Below, one piece after another: positions 1-10,797 of a stretch of 64,000 nucleotides of DNA; within the stretch, counting starts at the first letter, position 1; each line of letters opens with the position of its first letter. Source of the stretch: an uncultured Clostridiaceae bacterium (GTDB taxonomy: Bacteria > Bacillota > Clostridia > Lutisporales > Lutisporaceae); contig CAYXUX010000001.1 in assembly GCA_964468275.1 (NCBI GenBank), positions 8,597 through 72,596 of the forward strand, given 5' to 3'. The notes under the pieces were generated by a model. It had not been told where the DNA came from and searched no databases. It was given only the letters and a program-made list of their open reading frames with translations. A program made the position numbers and the translations under genes.

Positions 1-472
1 TATTAATGCATTCAAGAATTTTTTAATAGCAAGAGCCGTGATGTCTTCAGATATAATTGAAGAAGCTATAATGTATCCGACTGAAAAAATATCCCTTGAA
101 TTGGAAAAAAAGAATATTATGAGTGTTATTTCTCCTGTTTTTAAAATTGTTACAAGTAAAGAAGAAAAAGAAGATGCAGAAGGAATATATCCCTATGGTT
201 TTGCTAACACTTCAGGAGAGTTAGATAATGCAATTTATTATTTGCAAAAAGTGCTAAATAGAATGATTGAATTAGCACAGGTTGAAAAAACATGTCAATT
301 GATGGCCGATGAAATTGAAAAAACCAGAAGAAGAGTAAATGCCCTTGAGCATGTTATGATACCTCAGCTGCAAGAGACTGTAAAGTATATAACTATGAAA
401 TTGGATGAGAATGAAAGAGGTAATCGAGTAAGGCTTATGAAAGTTAAGGAATTAGTGGAAAAAGAAGCATAG
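1..472 (+). CDS. ntpD: V-type ATP synthase subunit D, C-terminal part (frame is open to the window edge)
   Basis: The frame of ORF 38..472 has no stop back to base 2. The coiled-coil segment [36 protein letters not shown] is typical of V/A-ATPase subunit D. Confidence 0.8.
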   Translation, partial: INAFKNFLIARAVMSSDIIEEAIMYPTEKISLELEKKNIMSVISPVFKIVTSKEEKEDAEGIYPYGFANTSGELDNAIYYLQKVLNRMIELAQVEKTCQLMADEIEKTRRRVNALEHVMIPQLQETVKYITMKLDENERGNRVRLMKVKELVEKEA

Positions 473-493
473 AAAAAATCATAAAACAAAGTA

Positions 494-523
494 AAATACC
501 GCGGCATTGCTGCGGTATTTTTG
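494..523 (+). terminator. Rho-independent terminator after the V-ATPase gene
   Basis: Stem ATACCGCGGC / GCTGCGGTAT with a 3-nt loop, followed by TTTT. Confidence 0.6.
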
Positions 524-571
524 CTAATATATGTCCTGTCAGTATTTCTTCATTTCATTCGGGAATAGCAC

Positions 572-599
572 TTGACATTAAAAAGGTGGCCATTATAAT
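572..599 (+). promoter_or_regulatory. Consensus sigma-A type promoter upstream of lgt
   Basis: TTGACA (572-577), 16-nt spacer, TATAAT (594-599), about 35 nt before the lgt start. Confidence 0.5.
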
Positions 600-634
600 C
601 AATAATAGAATCAATCGAAAAAGAGGCGAATAAA

Positions 635-1369
635 ATGAATCCAATTGCTTTTGAAATATTTGGTCTGGAAATAAGATGGTATGGAATTTTGATGTCCATG
701 GGTATAATTGCCGGTTTATATTTTGCTCATATAGAAGCCAAAAAGCAAGGCTATAATCCGGATGATATTGTTGATTTGGCACTTTGGTGTGTACCTGCAG
801 CAGTCATTGGGGCAAGACTTTATTATGTAGTTTTTCAGTGGGATTATTATAAAGGTAATCTATTAAAGATTATAAATATAAGAGAAGGCGGTATGGCAAT
901 CCATGGTGCGCTTATTGCTGCGGTTGCCGTAGGATATTTGTTTACAAAATATAAAAGGCTCCATTTTTGGAAGACAGCTGATGTGGTAGCGCCAAGTATT
1001 TCTCTTGGTCAAGCAATTGGACGTTGGGGAAATTATATAAATGGAGAGGCACACGGTGGACCGACGAGCTTACCTTGGGGAATTATGGTGGAAGGTATAA
1101 AGGTTCACCCTACTTTTTTATATGAATCATTATGGGACTTTGGATTGTTCATGTTTTTAATGTATTATAGGAGACACAAAAGATTTGACGGCGAGGTTTT
1201 TATACTTTACGGGACAATATATTCTGCCGGGCGATTCTGGATTGAAGGTTTAAGGACAGACAGCTTGATGTTTATGGGCATGAGAGTTGCGCAACTTCTG
1301 AGCCTGTTATTGATATTTATAGGAGCAGGATTATTGATTGGAATGAGAAAGAAAACAAAAGGGATATAA
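635..1369 (+). CDS. lgt: Prolipoprotein diacylglyceryl transferase
   Basis: Multi-pass membrane protein with Lgt motifs (GGMAIHGA, GRWGNYINGEAHG). SD AAGAGG lies upstream. Confidence 0.9.
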   Translation: MNPIAFEIFGLEIRWYGILMSMGIIAGLYFAHIEAKKQGYNPDDIVDLALWCVPAAVIGARLYYVVFQWDYYKGNLLKIINIREGGMAIHGALIAAVAVGYLFTKYKRLHFWKTADVVAPSISLGQAIGRWGNYINGEAHGGPTSLPWGIMVEGIKVHPTFLYESLWDFGLFMFLMYYRRHKRFDGEVFILYGTIYSAGRFWIEGLRTDSLMFMGMRVAQLLSLLLIFIGAGLLIGMRKKTKGI

Positions 1370-1420
1370 AATATTAATCATTAGTTTGTTTTTAATCTGC
1401 CTAAAAAGCTTAAGAAAGAT

Positions 1421-1457
1421 AAAAATAGTACATAAGTACTATTTTTATTTTTTTTAA
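1421..1457 (+). terminator. Rho-independent terminator after lgt
   Basis: AAAAATAGTAC-ATAA-GTACTATTTTT hairpin followed by a T-run. Confidence 0.6.
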
Positions 1458-1498
1458 AAATAAGAAGGATTTTATAAAGATATATAGAATATTACACA

Positions 1499-1548
1499 TG
1501 AGTGGTATGAAGTGGTATGAAGTGGTGTGAAGTGATATGAAGTTTAGT
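1499..1548 (+). promoter_or_regulatory. Array of five 10-bp-periodic direct repeats (GAAGTGGTRT-like), a candidate MraZ operator
   Basis: GAGTGGTAT GAAGTGGTAT GAAGTGGTGT GAAGTGATAT GAAGTTTAGT lies directly 5' of mraZ. MraZ proteins are known to bind direct repeats with 10-bp phasing in the mra promoter region. Confidence 0.55.
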
Positions 1549-1558
1549 GGTGATATTG

Positions 1559-1990
1559 ATGTTTATAGGTGAGTATAAACATACTTTGGATAATAAAAAT
1601 CGAGTAAGCATGCCTGCAAAATTTAGAGATAGTTTTGGAGGTTCTTTTGTCATGACAAAAGGATTGGACAATTGTTTATTTATATATCCTATGGAAGAGT
1701 GGGAGAATATTGAAAGAAAGCTGAAAGATATTCCTATGACAAATAAAGATGCCAGAGCTTTTGTAAGGTTTTTCTTTGCAGGAGCTACTGAATGTGAAAT
1801 AGATAAGCAAGGAAGAACACTTATACCAAGTAATCTAAAGGATTTTGCCAAGATTGATAGGGATGTCGTTATAATAGGTGTCTCAACAAGAGTGGAAATA
1901 TGGAGCTTAAAAGAGTGGAATAAATTTAATAGTGATGCAAACATTACTTATGAAGAAGTGGCGGAGAAAATGTCTCAATTGGGTATTTAG
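1559..1990 (+). CDS. mraZ: Transcriptional regulator MraZ
   Basis: N-terminus [23 protein letters not shown] and a duplicated SpoVT/AbrB-like half. Start moved from the track's 1547 to ATG 1559. Confidence 0.9.
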   Translation: MFIGEYKHTLDNKNRVSMPAKFRDSFGGSFVMTKGLDNCLFIYPMEEWENIERKLKDIPMTNKDARAFVRFFFAGATECEIDKQGRTLIPSNLKDFAKIDRDVVIIGVSTRVEIWSLKEWNKFNSDANITYEEVAEKMSQLGI

Positions 1991-2006
1991 CGAGGAGGCT
2001 TTAATA

Positions 2007-2948
2007 TTGAAATTCTCTCATGTACCTGTTTTGTTAAACGAAGTAATAGAAAATCTAAATATAAAAAGTAGTGGCGTCTATGTTGATGGTACAGTTGGCG
2101 GAGGGAGTCATTCCTATGAAATAGCAAAGCGTATAGAACCGGGAGGCATTTTAATAGGAATTGACCAAGACATATGTGCAATAAATGCTTCAAGGATAAG
2201 ATTGAAGGAATACGCAAAAAATATAATTCTTATAAATGATAATTTTAAAAACATTAAAAATATATTACAGGATAATGAAATTGATAAGGCAGACGGTATA
2301 TTATTGGATTTAGGTGTATCTTCTCATCAATTAGATGAGGCAAAACGAGGATTTAGTTATATGAAAGATGCACCGTTGGATATGAGAATGGATACGGATA
2401 ATATTTTAACTGCGGAGATTATAGTTAACGATTGGGTTGAAGAAGAAATATATAAGATAATCAGGGATTATGGTGAAGAAAAATGGGCAAAAAGAATCAC
2501 ATCCTTTATTTGTAGAGAAAGATTAAAAAAGAGGATTGAGACAACTTATGAATTGGTGGAAATTATAAAAGCTGCAATACCGGCATCCGCAAGGAGAAGA
2601 GGGCCACATCCTGCCAAAAGAACTTTTCAAGCTATTAGAATAGCAGTAAACAATGAATTAGGCATTTTGAATCAAGCTATTAAGACAGGTGTAGAAGCGT
2701 TAAAACCGGGAGGAAGGTTTTGTATCATAACATTTCATTCCTTAGAGGATAGAATAGTAAAGACTGCATTTAATAAATTGGAGAATCCTTGTATTTGTCC
2801 ACCTGAAGCACCTATTTGTATTTGTGGTAAAATATCTTATTTGAAAGTAATAACCAGAAAACCTATTACTGCAAGCATTGAAGAAATTGAAAAAAATCCG
2901 CGTTCAAGAAGTGCAAAACTAAGGGTTGCAGAAAAGATAGGGTTCTAA
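2007..2948 (+). CDS. rsmH: 16S rRNA (cytosine1402-N4)-methyltransferase RsmH
   Basis: [30 protein letters not shown] and [10 protein letters not shown] motifs. TTG 2007 lies 7 nt after GAGGAGG, so the track start 1932 is an upstream extension overlapping mraZ. Confidence 0.9.
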   Translation: MKFSHVPVLLNEVIENLNIKSSGVYVDGTVGGGSHSYEIAKRIEPGGILIGIDQDICAINASRIRLKEYAKNIILINDNFKNIKNILQDNEIDKADGILLDLGVSSHQLDEAKRGFSYMKDAPLDMRMDTDNILTAEIIVNDWVEEEIYKIIRDYGEEKWAKRITSFICRERLKKRIETTYELVEIIKAAIPASARRRGPHPAKRTFQAIRIAVNNELGILNQAIKTGVEALKPGGRFCIITFHSLEDRIVKTAFNKLENPCICPPEAPICICGKISYLKVITRKPITASIEEIEKNPRSRSAKLRVAEKIGF

Positions 2949-2970
2949 TATTAAAGGAAGGGGAATAAAA

Positions 2971-3477
2971 ATGGTAATGGCAGATAATAGAGCTTATGAT
3001 TATTATGGTTATAATGATGAACAGTATATCTATGAAGAAACACCCCTTCCCGATAAAAAGAAAAAGACGGTAAAGAAAAGAGCCGTAAAACAAAAATCCG
3101 GTTCTCATATATTTATTGTTTTAATCATATTTTCTATTTCCATAACAATGATTGCTCGTTATGCATCTATTGCAGAAATTAATTTTAATATAAATAAGCT
3201 TGAAAAAGAATTAAAAGAGTTGGAAAAAGAAAATTCTATTTTAAGCGTTAAACTGGCACAGGAAATAAACTTGCAAACACTTGAAGATATCGCATTTGAA
3301 GAATTAAATATGCAATATCCGGATTTGGATCAAATAGTTTATATAAATGTTGAAAAACCGATTCAGAAGAATAAAGTAATAGATAAAACATATTTTTCAA
3401 AAAAAGATGTATTTGAAAATAAATATATTTCAAAGATTAAGTCTTTAATCAATATCATAGTATCTTTTCTTGATTAG
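2971..3477 (+). CDS. ftsL: FtsL-like cell division protein (single TM plus coiled coil)
   Basis: Position between rsmH and the PBP gene. It has one TM helix followed by the heptad-rich LEKELKELEKENSILSVKL. Confidence 0.6.
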   Translation: MVMADNRAYDYYGYNDEQYIYEETPLPDKKKKTVKKRAVKQKSGSHIFIVLIIFSISITMIARYASIAEINFNINKLEKELKELEKENSILSVKLAQEINLQTLEDIAFEELNMQYPDLDQIVYINVEKPIQKNKVIDKTYFSKKDVFENKYISKIKSLINIIVSFLD

Positions 3478-3499
3478 TGTACCCTGAGGGGGTTTTGGC

Positions 3500-5482
3500 A
3501 TGGCAATGATAGCAAAAAAAATAAAAAAGAGAGTAGTTTTTGTATTATTCAGTTTTACAGCAATGTTTATTTTTCTTACTGTAAAGCTATTTTTTATTCA
3601 AATTATAAACGGACCGGACTATCAGCAAAAAGCTATGGAACAGTGGACAAGAGATGTCCCTGTACCATCCAGAAGGGGAATAATATACGATAGAAACGGT
3701 AAGGAATTAGTCACAAATGCACCTGCATATCAGATATATGTGAGACCTGTTGAAGTGTCAGATAAAGAGAAAACCGCTTCAATTTTAGGAGATATATTGG
3801 GTATGGATAGGGGTATTTTGGAAGAGAAATTGAATACTAAAAAAGATACTGTTCTAATAAAACAAAAAGTTGATTCCGGAATAGTTAATGAATTAAGAGC
3901 CAAGGAATTGAAAGGTTTGATTTACATAGATGAAAGTAAAAGGTTTTATACACAAAGTAATTTTGCTTCCCATATACTGGGATTTACAAATTACGACAAC
4001 CAAGGTCAGGATGGCGTAGAGGCAACGTTTGAAAAATATTTAAACGGTTTTCCGGGAAGGGACATAAAGATGACGGATACTTACGGAAGAGAACTTCCGG
4101 GAGGTGATAGGAAATACTATGAGCCTCAAGACGGGCTAAACCTAATCCTTACTGTTGATGAGGTTATCCAGCATTTTACTGAGAAAGCAGTTGAAAATGC
4201 ATTGTATGAAAACAAAGCAAAGACTGCTATGGCTATTGTAATGGATCCGAAAACAGGAGATATACTTTCTATGGCTGTCAAACCGGATTATGATAACAAT
4301 AATCCCAGAAAAATACCGGAAGATTTAACTGATAAATGGAGTACTATGTCATTGAAAGAACAATATGATGCTTTATTTAAGATTTGGCGGAATCCTATTA
4401 TATCTGATAATTATGAGCCCGGATCTACATTTAAGATTATTACATCTGCAGCAGGTTTAGAAGAAGGTGTAGTAAAACCGGATGATAAGTTTTATTGCTC
4501 AGGTTTCGTTGAAGTTGCAGGTCATAGGTTAAAATGCTGGAGGTATTACAGACCCCATGGAAGTGAGACTTTTGTTGAAGGTGTGCAAAATTCTTGTAAT
4601 CCGGTCTTTATTGAAGTTGCTCAAAGACTTGGAAGAGAAAAATTTGATAAATACATTAAAGGATTCGGTTTTGGAAGTATTACTAATATAAAATTGTTGG
4701 GAGAAGCCGCCGGGATAGTAAGAAATGTTAATTCGATAGGACCTGTCGAGCTTGCTAATATAGCTTTTGGGCAAGGTATAAGTTTAACACCGATACAGTT
4801 AATAACTGCAGCATCGGCAATAGTTAATGATGGATATCTTATGGAACCGAGAATTGCAAAGAAACTTGTAGATACAGATGGGAACATTATTCACGATTTT
4901 AAACCACGTATGATCAGACAAGTTATTTCTAAGGATACATCGTACACAATGAGAAATATATTGGAGTCCGTGGTAAATAACGGATCCGGGGCAGGAGCTT
5001 ATATACCGGGTTATAAAGTAGGAGGAAAAACCGGTACAGCCCAAAAAGCTGAAGGCGGCAGATATGTGCAAGGCAGGTACGTGTCTTCTTTTTTAGCATT
5101 TGCACCTGCTAATGATCCTAAAGTTGTTGTTTTGGTAGTTATAGATGAGCCAAGTGCGGGAAGTTACTACGGGGGTGTTATTGCATCACCGGTTGTCAAA
5201 AGTATTTTATTCGATACTTTAAGGTACTTGGATATTAAGCCGCAATATACTGAGGAAGAAGCAAAATTATTAATGAAAGAAAAGATTATTGTTCCGGAAG
5301 TAAGAAATATTAAATTAAAAGATGCAAAGAAATTGTTAAGTCAAAACAAATTACGATACAGGCTGGAGGAAGAACAGGGTGAACCCACTGAAGACTCTCT
5401 TGTTATTGATCAAACACCACGAGCTGATTCTAAAGTAGATGAAGGTACGATAGTTATTTTATACGCTAAACCAAAAGAATAA
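3500..5482 (+). CDS. Class B penicillin-binding protein (FtsI/SpoVD family) with a C-terminal PASTA domain
   Basis: N-terminal TM; transpeptidase motifs STFK, SCN and KTGT; one PASTA-like repeat near the C-terminus; dcw position. Confidence 0.85.
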   Translation: MAMIAKKIKKRVVFVLFSFTAMFIFLTVKLFFIQIINGPDYQQKAMEQWTRDVPVPSRRGIIYDRNGKELVTNAPAYQIYVRPVEVSDKEKTASILGDILGMDRGILEEKLNTKKDTVLIKQKVDSGIVNELRAKELKGLIYIDESKRFYTQSNFASHILGFTNYDNQGQDGVEATFEKYLNGFPGRDIKMTDTYGRELPGGDRKYYEPQDGLNLILTVDEVIQHFTEKAVENALYENKAKTAMAIVMDPKTGDILSMAVKPDYDNNNPRKIPEDLTDKWSTMSLKEQYDALFKIWRNPIISDNYEPGSTFKIITSAAGLEEGVVKPDDKFYCSGFVEVAGHRLKCWRYYRPHGSETFVEGVQNSCNPVFIEVAQRLGREKFDKYIKGFGFGSITNIKLLGEAAGIVRNVNSIGPVELANIAFGQGISLTPIQLITAASAIVNDGYLMEPRIAKKLVDTDGNIIHDFKPRMIRQVISKDTSYTMRNILESVVNNGSGAGAYIPGYKVGGKTGTAQKAEGGRYVQGRYVSSFLAFAPANDPKVVVLVVIDEPSAGSYYGGVIASPVVKSILFDTLRYLDIKPQYTEEEAKLLMKEKIIVPEVRNIKLKDAKKLLSQNKLRYRLEEEQGEPTEDSLVIDQTPRADSKVDEGTIVILYAKPKE

Positions 5483-5589
5483 TATAGTATTTTATACATA
5501 AAAGGCAACGGAAAGTTTGGTTAAGGCTTTATTCCGATTGTCTTTTTATAAAAGTGGGGCATTTATTATAGTGAATCTGAGGTGGTGCT

Positions 5590-7047
5590 TTGAAATTATA
5601 TAAGCTTATTGAAGGGATAGAGGTTTTGAGTATAACCGGCAGCTTAGATATTAATATAGAAAAAATTGCATATGATTCAAGAACAGTATCTAATAACTGC
5701 CTTTTTGTTTCTATAAGTGGCAATACTACAAGTGGGTATTATTTTATAGAAGAAGTAATATCTAAAGGCGTAGTTGCAATTATTATTGATAAAGATGTAA
5801 AGATTGATTCGGTTACCGTAATCAAGGTAGCAAATACAAGAAGTATTTTGCCTATTATATCTTCTAGGTTTTACAATTACCCTACAGATATGTTAAAATT
5901 AATCGGAATAACAGGAACAAATGGTAAAACGACAACAGCATACTTAACTAAATCTATCTTGGAGTGTTGGGGAAAAAAAACAGGATTGATCGGAACTATC
6001 AACATTGAGATAGGTGATAAAATAGTAAAGTCGTTGAGGACAACGCCGGAGTCCTTGGATTTACATATTTTATTTAAAGAAATGATAAATGAACGAATTG
6101 AATATGGAGTTTTGGAGGTCTCTTCACATGCTTTAGAATTTAAAAGGGTTGCTTTATGTAATTTTCATATAGGAGCTTTTACTAATCTAAGTCAAGACCA
6201 TCTTGATTTTCATATAACAATGGAAAATTACAGGAAGGTCAAAGAAAAACTGTTTCATATGACGAGACATGCAAATATAATAAATATTGATGATAAAGAA
6301 GGGAAACTGATATCAGAAAATATAAAAGATGTCGGGGTATCATTGCTTACTTTTGGTATAAAAGAAAAAGCAGATATTAGGGCAAGAGATATATCATTAA
6401 ATAACAATGGAGTTAAATTTAAGCTTGTGACTCCCAAATATACAATACCGATTAATAGCAGTATTCCAGGAAAATTTAGTGTTTATAATTGTTTGACAGC
6501 TGCTGCAATAGCTTATGCTGAAGATATACCGGAAGATGCAATATGCAAAGGGATAGAAAGCCAAGCTTTTGTTCCGGGCAGGTTAGAAATTCTTGACCTG
6601 AATACCCCTTATAAAGTTATTATTGATTATGCCCATACACCTGCGGGATTGGAAAATATCTTAACAACTGTTAGACATTTTATAAAAGGGAGGTTAATAA
6701 CGGTTTTTGGTTGCGGGGGTGACAGAGATAAAATAAAAAGGCCGGCCATGGGCAGTATTGCAGGTATTTATTCTGATTATTGTGTATTGACATCTGATAA
6801 CCCGCGTACTGAAAATCCCTTTTCCATTATGAAAGAAATAGAAATTGGACTGGCAAAGACAAATTGTCCTTATTTATGCATAGAGAATAGAAAAGAAGCC
6901 ATAAGACATGCGATGAGATTGGCGAAACCAAATGATATAGTTATTTTGGCGGGAAAAGGCCATGAGACTTATCAAGTATTGAATGATAAAATTATAGATT
7001 TCGATGAAAGAAGGATAGTCAGGGAATTGCTTAGGGAGGGTACTTAA
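5590..7047 (+). CDS. murE: UDP-N-acetylmuramoyl-L-alanyl-D-glutamate--2,6-diaminopimelate ligase
   Basis: GITGTNGKTTT P-loop and a DNPR motif (TSDNPRTENP), which indicates meso-DAP specificity. TTG start. Confidence 0.9.
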   Translation: MKLYKLIEGIEVLSITGSLDINIEKIAYDSRTVSNNCLFVSISGNTTSGYYFIEEVISKGVVAIIIDKDVKIDSVTVIKVANTRSILPIISSRFYNYPTDMLKLIGITGTNGKTTTAYLTKSILECWGKKTGLIGTINIEIGDKIVKSLRTTPESLDLHILFKEMINERIEYGVLEVSSHALEFKRVALCNFHIGAFTNLSQDHLDFHITMENYRKVKEKLFHMTRHANIINIDDKEGKLISENIKDVGVSLLTFGIKEKADIRARDISLNNNGVKFKLVTPKYTIPINSSIPGKFSVYNCLTAAAIAYAEDIPEDAICKGIESQAFVPGRLEILDLNTPYKVIIDYAHTPAGLENILTTVRHFIKGRLITVFGCGGDRDKIKRPAMGSIAGIYSDYCVLTSDNPRTENPFSIMKEIEIGLAKTNCPYLCIENRKEAIRHAMRLAKPNDIVILAGKGHETYQVLNDKIIDFDERRIVRELLREGT

Positions 7048-8417
7048 TGGAACCGATATATATTAGCAGTATAGTTAAAGAAGTCCGAGGAAATATAGTA
7101 AACTGTTCCGGAGAATTGTCAGTTAACGGAATAAGCACCGATAGCAGGACAATTAAAGAAGGGGATTTGTTTGTTCCTATAATTGGAGAAAATTACGATG
7201 GACATGATTTCATAAAAAATGCAATTAAATCCGGTGCTGTTGCGGTGCTTTCAGACAGGTACTTAGATAACAGTATGATTCCTTATATTAAAGTAAAGAA
7301 CACGGAGATTGCTTTAATAAATATTGCAAGGTACTATAGGAAAAAGTTTGATATCCCGGCTATTGCCATAACCGGCAGCTCCGGTAAAACGACTACGAAG
7401 GAAATGGTTGCTGCCGTACTGTGTCAATCTTTTAATGTTTTAAAGAATGAGGGAAATTATAATAATACTATCGGTTTGCCTCATACTATTTTTAAGTTGA
7501 ATAAAAATCATGAGATTTGTGTTATGGAAATGGGTATGAACAGCTTTGGAGAAATAAGTAAACTTGCTTCTATAGTAAGCCCTGATTTGGCACTGATTAC
7601 AAATATCGGATCGGCTCATATTGAATTTTTAGGTTCTCGAGAAAACATTTTAAAAGCGAAAATGGAGATAGTAGAAAACTTTACTCGGAATGATACTTTA
7701 ATAATTAATGGCGACGATAAAATGCTAAAAACTCTTGATAGGAAAGGCTTTACTATAATCAGTGTTGGTTTGGATAAAGATAATGATATAATTGCCTATG
7801 ATATTGAGCAATTAGGGAATGAAGGTATGGAGTTTTCTGTAAGTTTTAAAAATAAATCTGCAAGATTCTATTTGCCCGTCATAGGATTGCATAATGTTTA
7901 TAACGGTTTATTTAGCATAGCCGTAGGGCTTTATAAAGATATGAGTTTAAAAAAAATAAAAGAAGGCCTAGCTGGATTTGAACCGCCTGCTATGAGAATG
8001 GAGACATTTATATTGAATGATGGGATAAGAATAATAAATGACGCATATAATGCAAATCCTGAATCTGTAAAGGCGGCAATAACTGCTTTAACTAATATAC
8101 AAAGCAGGTATAGAAAAATATTGGTATTAGGTGATATGATGGAATTAGGCAAGTATTCGGAATACGAGCATTATCAAATCGGAAAAATGATTGCTTTTAA
8201 TAATATAGATATGTTAATTACGATTGGGAAAAGGGCAAAAAATATTCAACAAGGAGCACTTGAATCTGGAATGGCGGATGCTTTTCATTTTGAGAATAAT
8301 AAAGAGGGACTGGATTGTCTCTTGGACAGATTACTTCCCTATGACACTGTTCTTATAAAAGGCTCGAGATCCGCTAAGATGGAGGAAATAGCTTATTTTT
8401 TACATGAGAGGAGATAG
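7047..8417 (+). CDS. murF: UDP-N-acetylmuramoyl-tripeptide--D-alanyl-D-alanine ligase
   Basis: ITGSSGKTTTKEM P-loop, Mur ligase architecture; start overlaps the murE stop. Confidence 0.9.
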   Translation: MEPIYISSIVKEVRGNIVNCSGELSVNGISTDSRTIKEGDLFVPIIGENYDGHDFIKNAIKSGAVAVLSDRYLDNSMIPYIKVKNTEIALINIARYYRKKFDIPAIAITGSSGKTTTKEMVAAVLCQSFNVLKNEGNYNNTIGLPHTIFKLNKNHEICVMEMGMNSFGEISKLASIVSPDLALITNIGSAHIEFLGSRENILKAKMEIVENFTRNDTLIINGDDKMLKTLDRKGFTIISVGLDKDNDIIAYDIEQLGNEGMEFSVSFKNKSARFYLPVIGLHNVYNGLFSIAVGLYKDMSLKKIKEGLAGFEPPAMRMETFILNDGIRIINDAYNANPESVKAAITALTNIQSRYRKILVLGDMMELGKYSEYEHYQIGKMIAFNNIDMLITIGKRAKNIQQGALESGMADAFHFENNKEGLDCLLDRLLPYDTVLIKGSRSAKMEEIAYFLHERR

Positions 8418-8424
8418 GGCATAA

Positions 8425-9399
8425 TTGAACTATTTGATAAGTAGTGAATATAAACTTTTTATTATTTGCATAATTTCATCTTTTGTTTTGGCTTTAATTG
8501 CAGGGCCTCTGCTTATACCCGTTTTAAAGCATTTGAAATTTGGCCAAAGAGTTAGAGATGACGGACCCCAGAGCCACTTAAAAAAAGAAGGAACTCCGAC
8601 CATCGGTGGTTTAATATTTTTAATTCCTGCCGTAACGGTTTCTTTATCTTTTTCTAAAGATAAGGATTTATTATTAGCATTAATTACAACATTGCTTTAC
8701 GGAGTTATAGGATTCATTGATGATTACATAAAGGTTATTAAAAAGAGATCGCTAGGCTTAAAGGTATGGCAAAAGATTCTAGCCCAAATCATTGCTGCCG
8801 TATTCTTGGGATATATTGCAGGCGGTATCAGTCAAACCGGTACAGAGATACTTGTGCCTTTTACGGGTAAATATATTGATTTAGGCATTTTATATATACC
8901 CTTTACAATTTTTATGATTTTAGGTGTAGTAAACAGTGTGAATTTAACAGATGGGTTAGATGGTTTGGCAGGTGGGATAACAGTTATTGTTTTTGGCTTT
9001 TTTGCAGTAATTTCTCTAACTATAAAGCATATAGGACTTTTGGTATTCTGTGGTTCTTTTATCGGTGCAATATTAGGATTTTTAAGATTTAATTCACATC
9101 CCGCGCAAGTTATTATGGGTGATACCGGTGCTTTATCTTTAGGTGCCGCCTTAGCATCCTTAGCCGTAATATTAAAATTACCTCTGTTTCTGGTAATAGT
9201 AGGCGGAGTATATGTAGCGGAAGCCTTATCTGATATTATTCAGGTAATACACTTTAAAAGAACCGGTAAACGTGTATTTAAAATGGCACCATTACATCAC
9301 CATTTTGAACTGTCAGGTTGGGCGGAAACTAAGGTAGTATCGGTATTTATAATTGTTTCTATAATTCTTTGTTTAATAGGTTTATTAGGTATTAGTTAG
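8425..9399 (+). CDS. mraY: Phospho-N-acetylmuramoyl-pentapeptide transferase
   Basis: Polytopic membrane protein with DDYIKV, NLTDGLDGLA, GDTGALSLG and PLHHHFE motifs. Confidence 0.92.
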   Translation: MNYLISSEYKLFIICIISSFVLALIAGPLLIPVLKHLKFGQRVRDDGPQSHLKKEGTPTIGGLIFLIPAVTVSLSFSKDKDLLLALITTLLYGVIGFIDDYIKVIKKRSLGLKVWQKILAQIIAAVFLGYIAGGISQTGTEILVPFTGKYIDLGILYIPFTIFMILGVVNSVNLTDGLDGLAGGITVIVFGFFAVISLTIKHIGLLVFCGSFIGAILGFLRFNSHPAQVIMGDTGALSLGAALASLAVILKLPLFLVIVGGVYVAEALSDIIQVIHFKRTGKRVFKMAPLHHHFELSGWAETKVVSVFIIVSIILCLIGLLGIS

Positions 9400-9417
9400 C
9401 AAGGAAGGCAGATTTTT

Positions 9418-10797
9418 ATGAAAAACAACAAAAATAAGGTCTTGGTGATAGGAGCTGCGGTAACGGGAATACCTGTGGCAAAAGAATTATATCGTTGGGG
9501 CAATAAGGTAATAATTAATGATATAAAAAGTAAAAAGGATTTAGATGATTTCTTAAAAGAACTCAGCGGAATGGATATAGATGTTATTACCGATTGTCAT
9601 CCAATTGAATTGGCACGAGATTGCGACTATATTGTTGTAAGTCCGGGGGTTCCAACCGATATGCCTTTAATAGCAGAAGCCCGTGAACTCGGTAAGGAAG
9701 TAATAAGCGAAATAGAATTAGCATATAGAAATACCAACACTCCTATTGTTGCAATAACCGGTACAAACGGTAAAACGACAACAACAGCCTTACTTGGAGA
9801 AATAGTAAAAGAAAGCAAAAGAAACACCTTTGTATCAGGTAATATAGGTAATCCTATGATAGTAGATATCAAAAAAGCAAGACCGGAAGATTTATTTGTA
9901 CTAGAGCTTAGCAGTTATCAATTAGAGACAATAGTCAATTTCAAGCCTAATATATCTGCAATTTTAAATATAACTCCCGACCATTTGAACAGGCATAAAA
10001 CAATGGAAAGTTACATAGCTTCAAAGAGTAAAATATTTCAAAATCAAACTAAGGAAGATTATACAATACTAAATAAAGATGATTTAATAGTTAGCGGTTT
10101 ATCTTCTAAACCAAAGAGCAAAGTATTGTTATTTAGCCGAAAGAAGGTTTTATCCGAAGGCGCCTTTATAGAGAATGGTTTTATAAAAGTCGCTATTAAG
10201 GAGAAAAAATATACAATAGCACATATTGATAATATGAATATACTCGGCAAGCATAATTTGGAGAATGTATTAGCTGCAGTTCTTATAGCTTGTTGTTTAA
10301 ACATAGAAACTGAAATAATAAAAAAAGCCATAAAAAAGTTTAAAGGTATTGAACATAGAATAGAATTTGTGCGTGAATTAGACGGAGTGGCTTATTATAA
10401 TGATTCCAAAGGTACAAATCCGGATTCTTCAATTAAAGCATTAGAAGCTATAAAAAGACCTATTGTTCTAATTGCCGGAGGGAAGGATGAAGACACTGAT
10501 TTTAATGGTTTTGTAGCTTCTTTTCATGGTAAGGTAAAGGCAGTTATTTTGATTGGCGAAACTGCTGAAAAAATCGAAAAGGCAGCAAAATTATCCGGAT
10601 TTAAAAATATACATAAAGAAAGAAGTTTGAAAGAAGCGATTTATAAAGCAAAGGAAATATCTTCAAATGGTGATGCAGTCCTTCTTTCACCCGGATGCGC
10701 AAGTTGGGATATGTTTGCTAATTACGAAGAAAGAGGCACTATTTTCAAAAACATTGTAAGAAATATGAGGGGGAGCCAAGATGACTACGAGGACTAA
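9418..10797 (+). CDS. murD: UDP-N-acetylmuramoylalanine--D-glutamate ligase
   Basis: ITGTNGKTTTT P-loop, Rossmann-like N-terminal domain, dcw position. Confidence 0.9.
   Translation: MKNNKNKVLVIGAAVTGIPVAKELYRWGNKVIINDIKSKKDLDDFLKELSGMDIDVITDCHPIELARDCDYIVVSPGVPTDMPLIAEARELGKEVISEIELAYRNTNTPIVAITGTNGKTTTTALLGEIVKESKRNTFVSGNIGNPMIVDIKKARPEDLFVLELSSYQLETIVNFKPNISAILNITPDHLNRHKTMESYIASKSKIFQNQTKEDYTILNKDDLIVSGLSSKPKSKVLLFSRKKVLSEGAFIENGFIKVAIKEKKYTIAHIDNMNILGKHNLENVLAAVLIACCLNIETEIIKKAIKKFKGIEHRIEFVRELDGVAYYNDSKGTNPDSSIKALEAIKRPIVLIAGGKDEDTDFNGFVASFHGKVKAVILIGETAEKIEKAAKLSGFKNIHKERSLKEAIYKAKEISSNGDAVLLSPGCASWDMFANYEERGTIFKNIVRNMRGSQDDYED

Noticed and set aside
1499-1548. Checked short tandem repeats for CRISPR-like organisation.
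   Set aside because: The units are 10 bp with no spacers. No repeat-spacer array and no cas genes occur anywhere in the window.
1932-2006. N-terminal extensions in the ORF track: rsmH 1932, spoIIGA 18481, sigE 19424, sepF 31916, pyrR 35358, pyrC 35933, rpoZ 45980, yicC 44199, yloV 61605, rqcH 43569 and others.
   Set aside because: In each case a downstream ATG, GTG or TTG sits 6-10 nt after a strong GGAGG-type site, and the conserved family N-terminus begins there. The extensions overlap the preceding gene or spacer.
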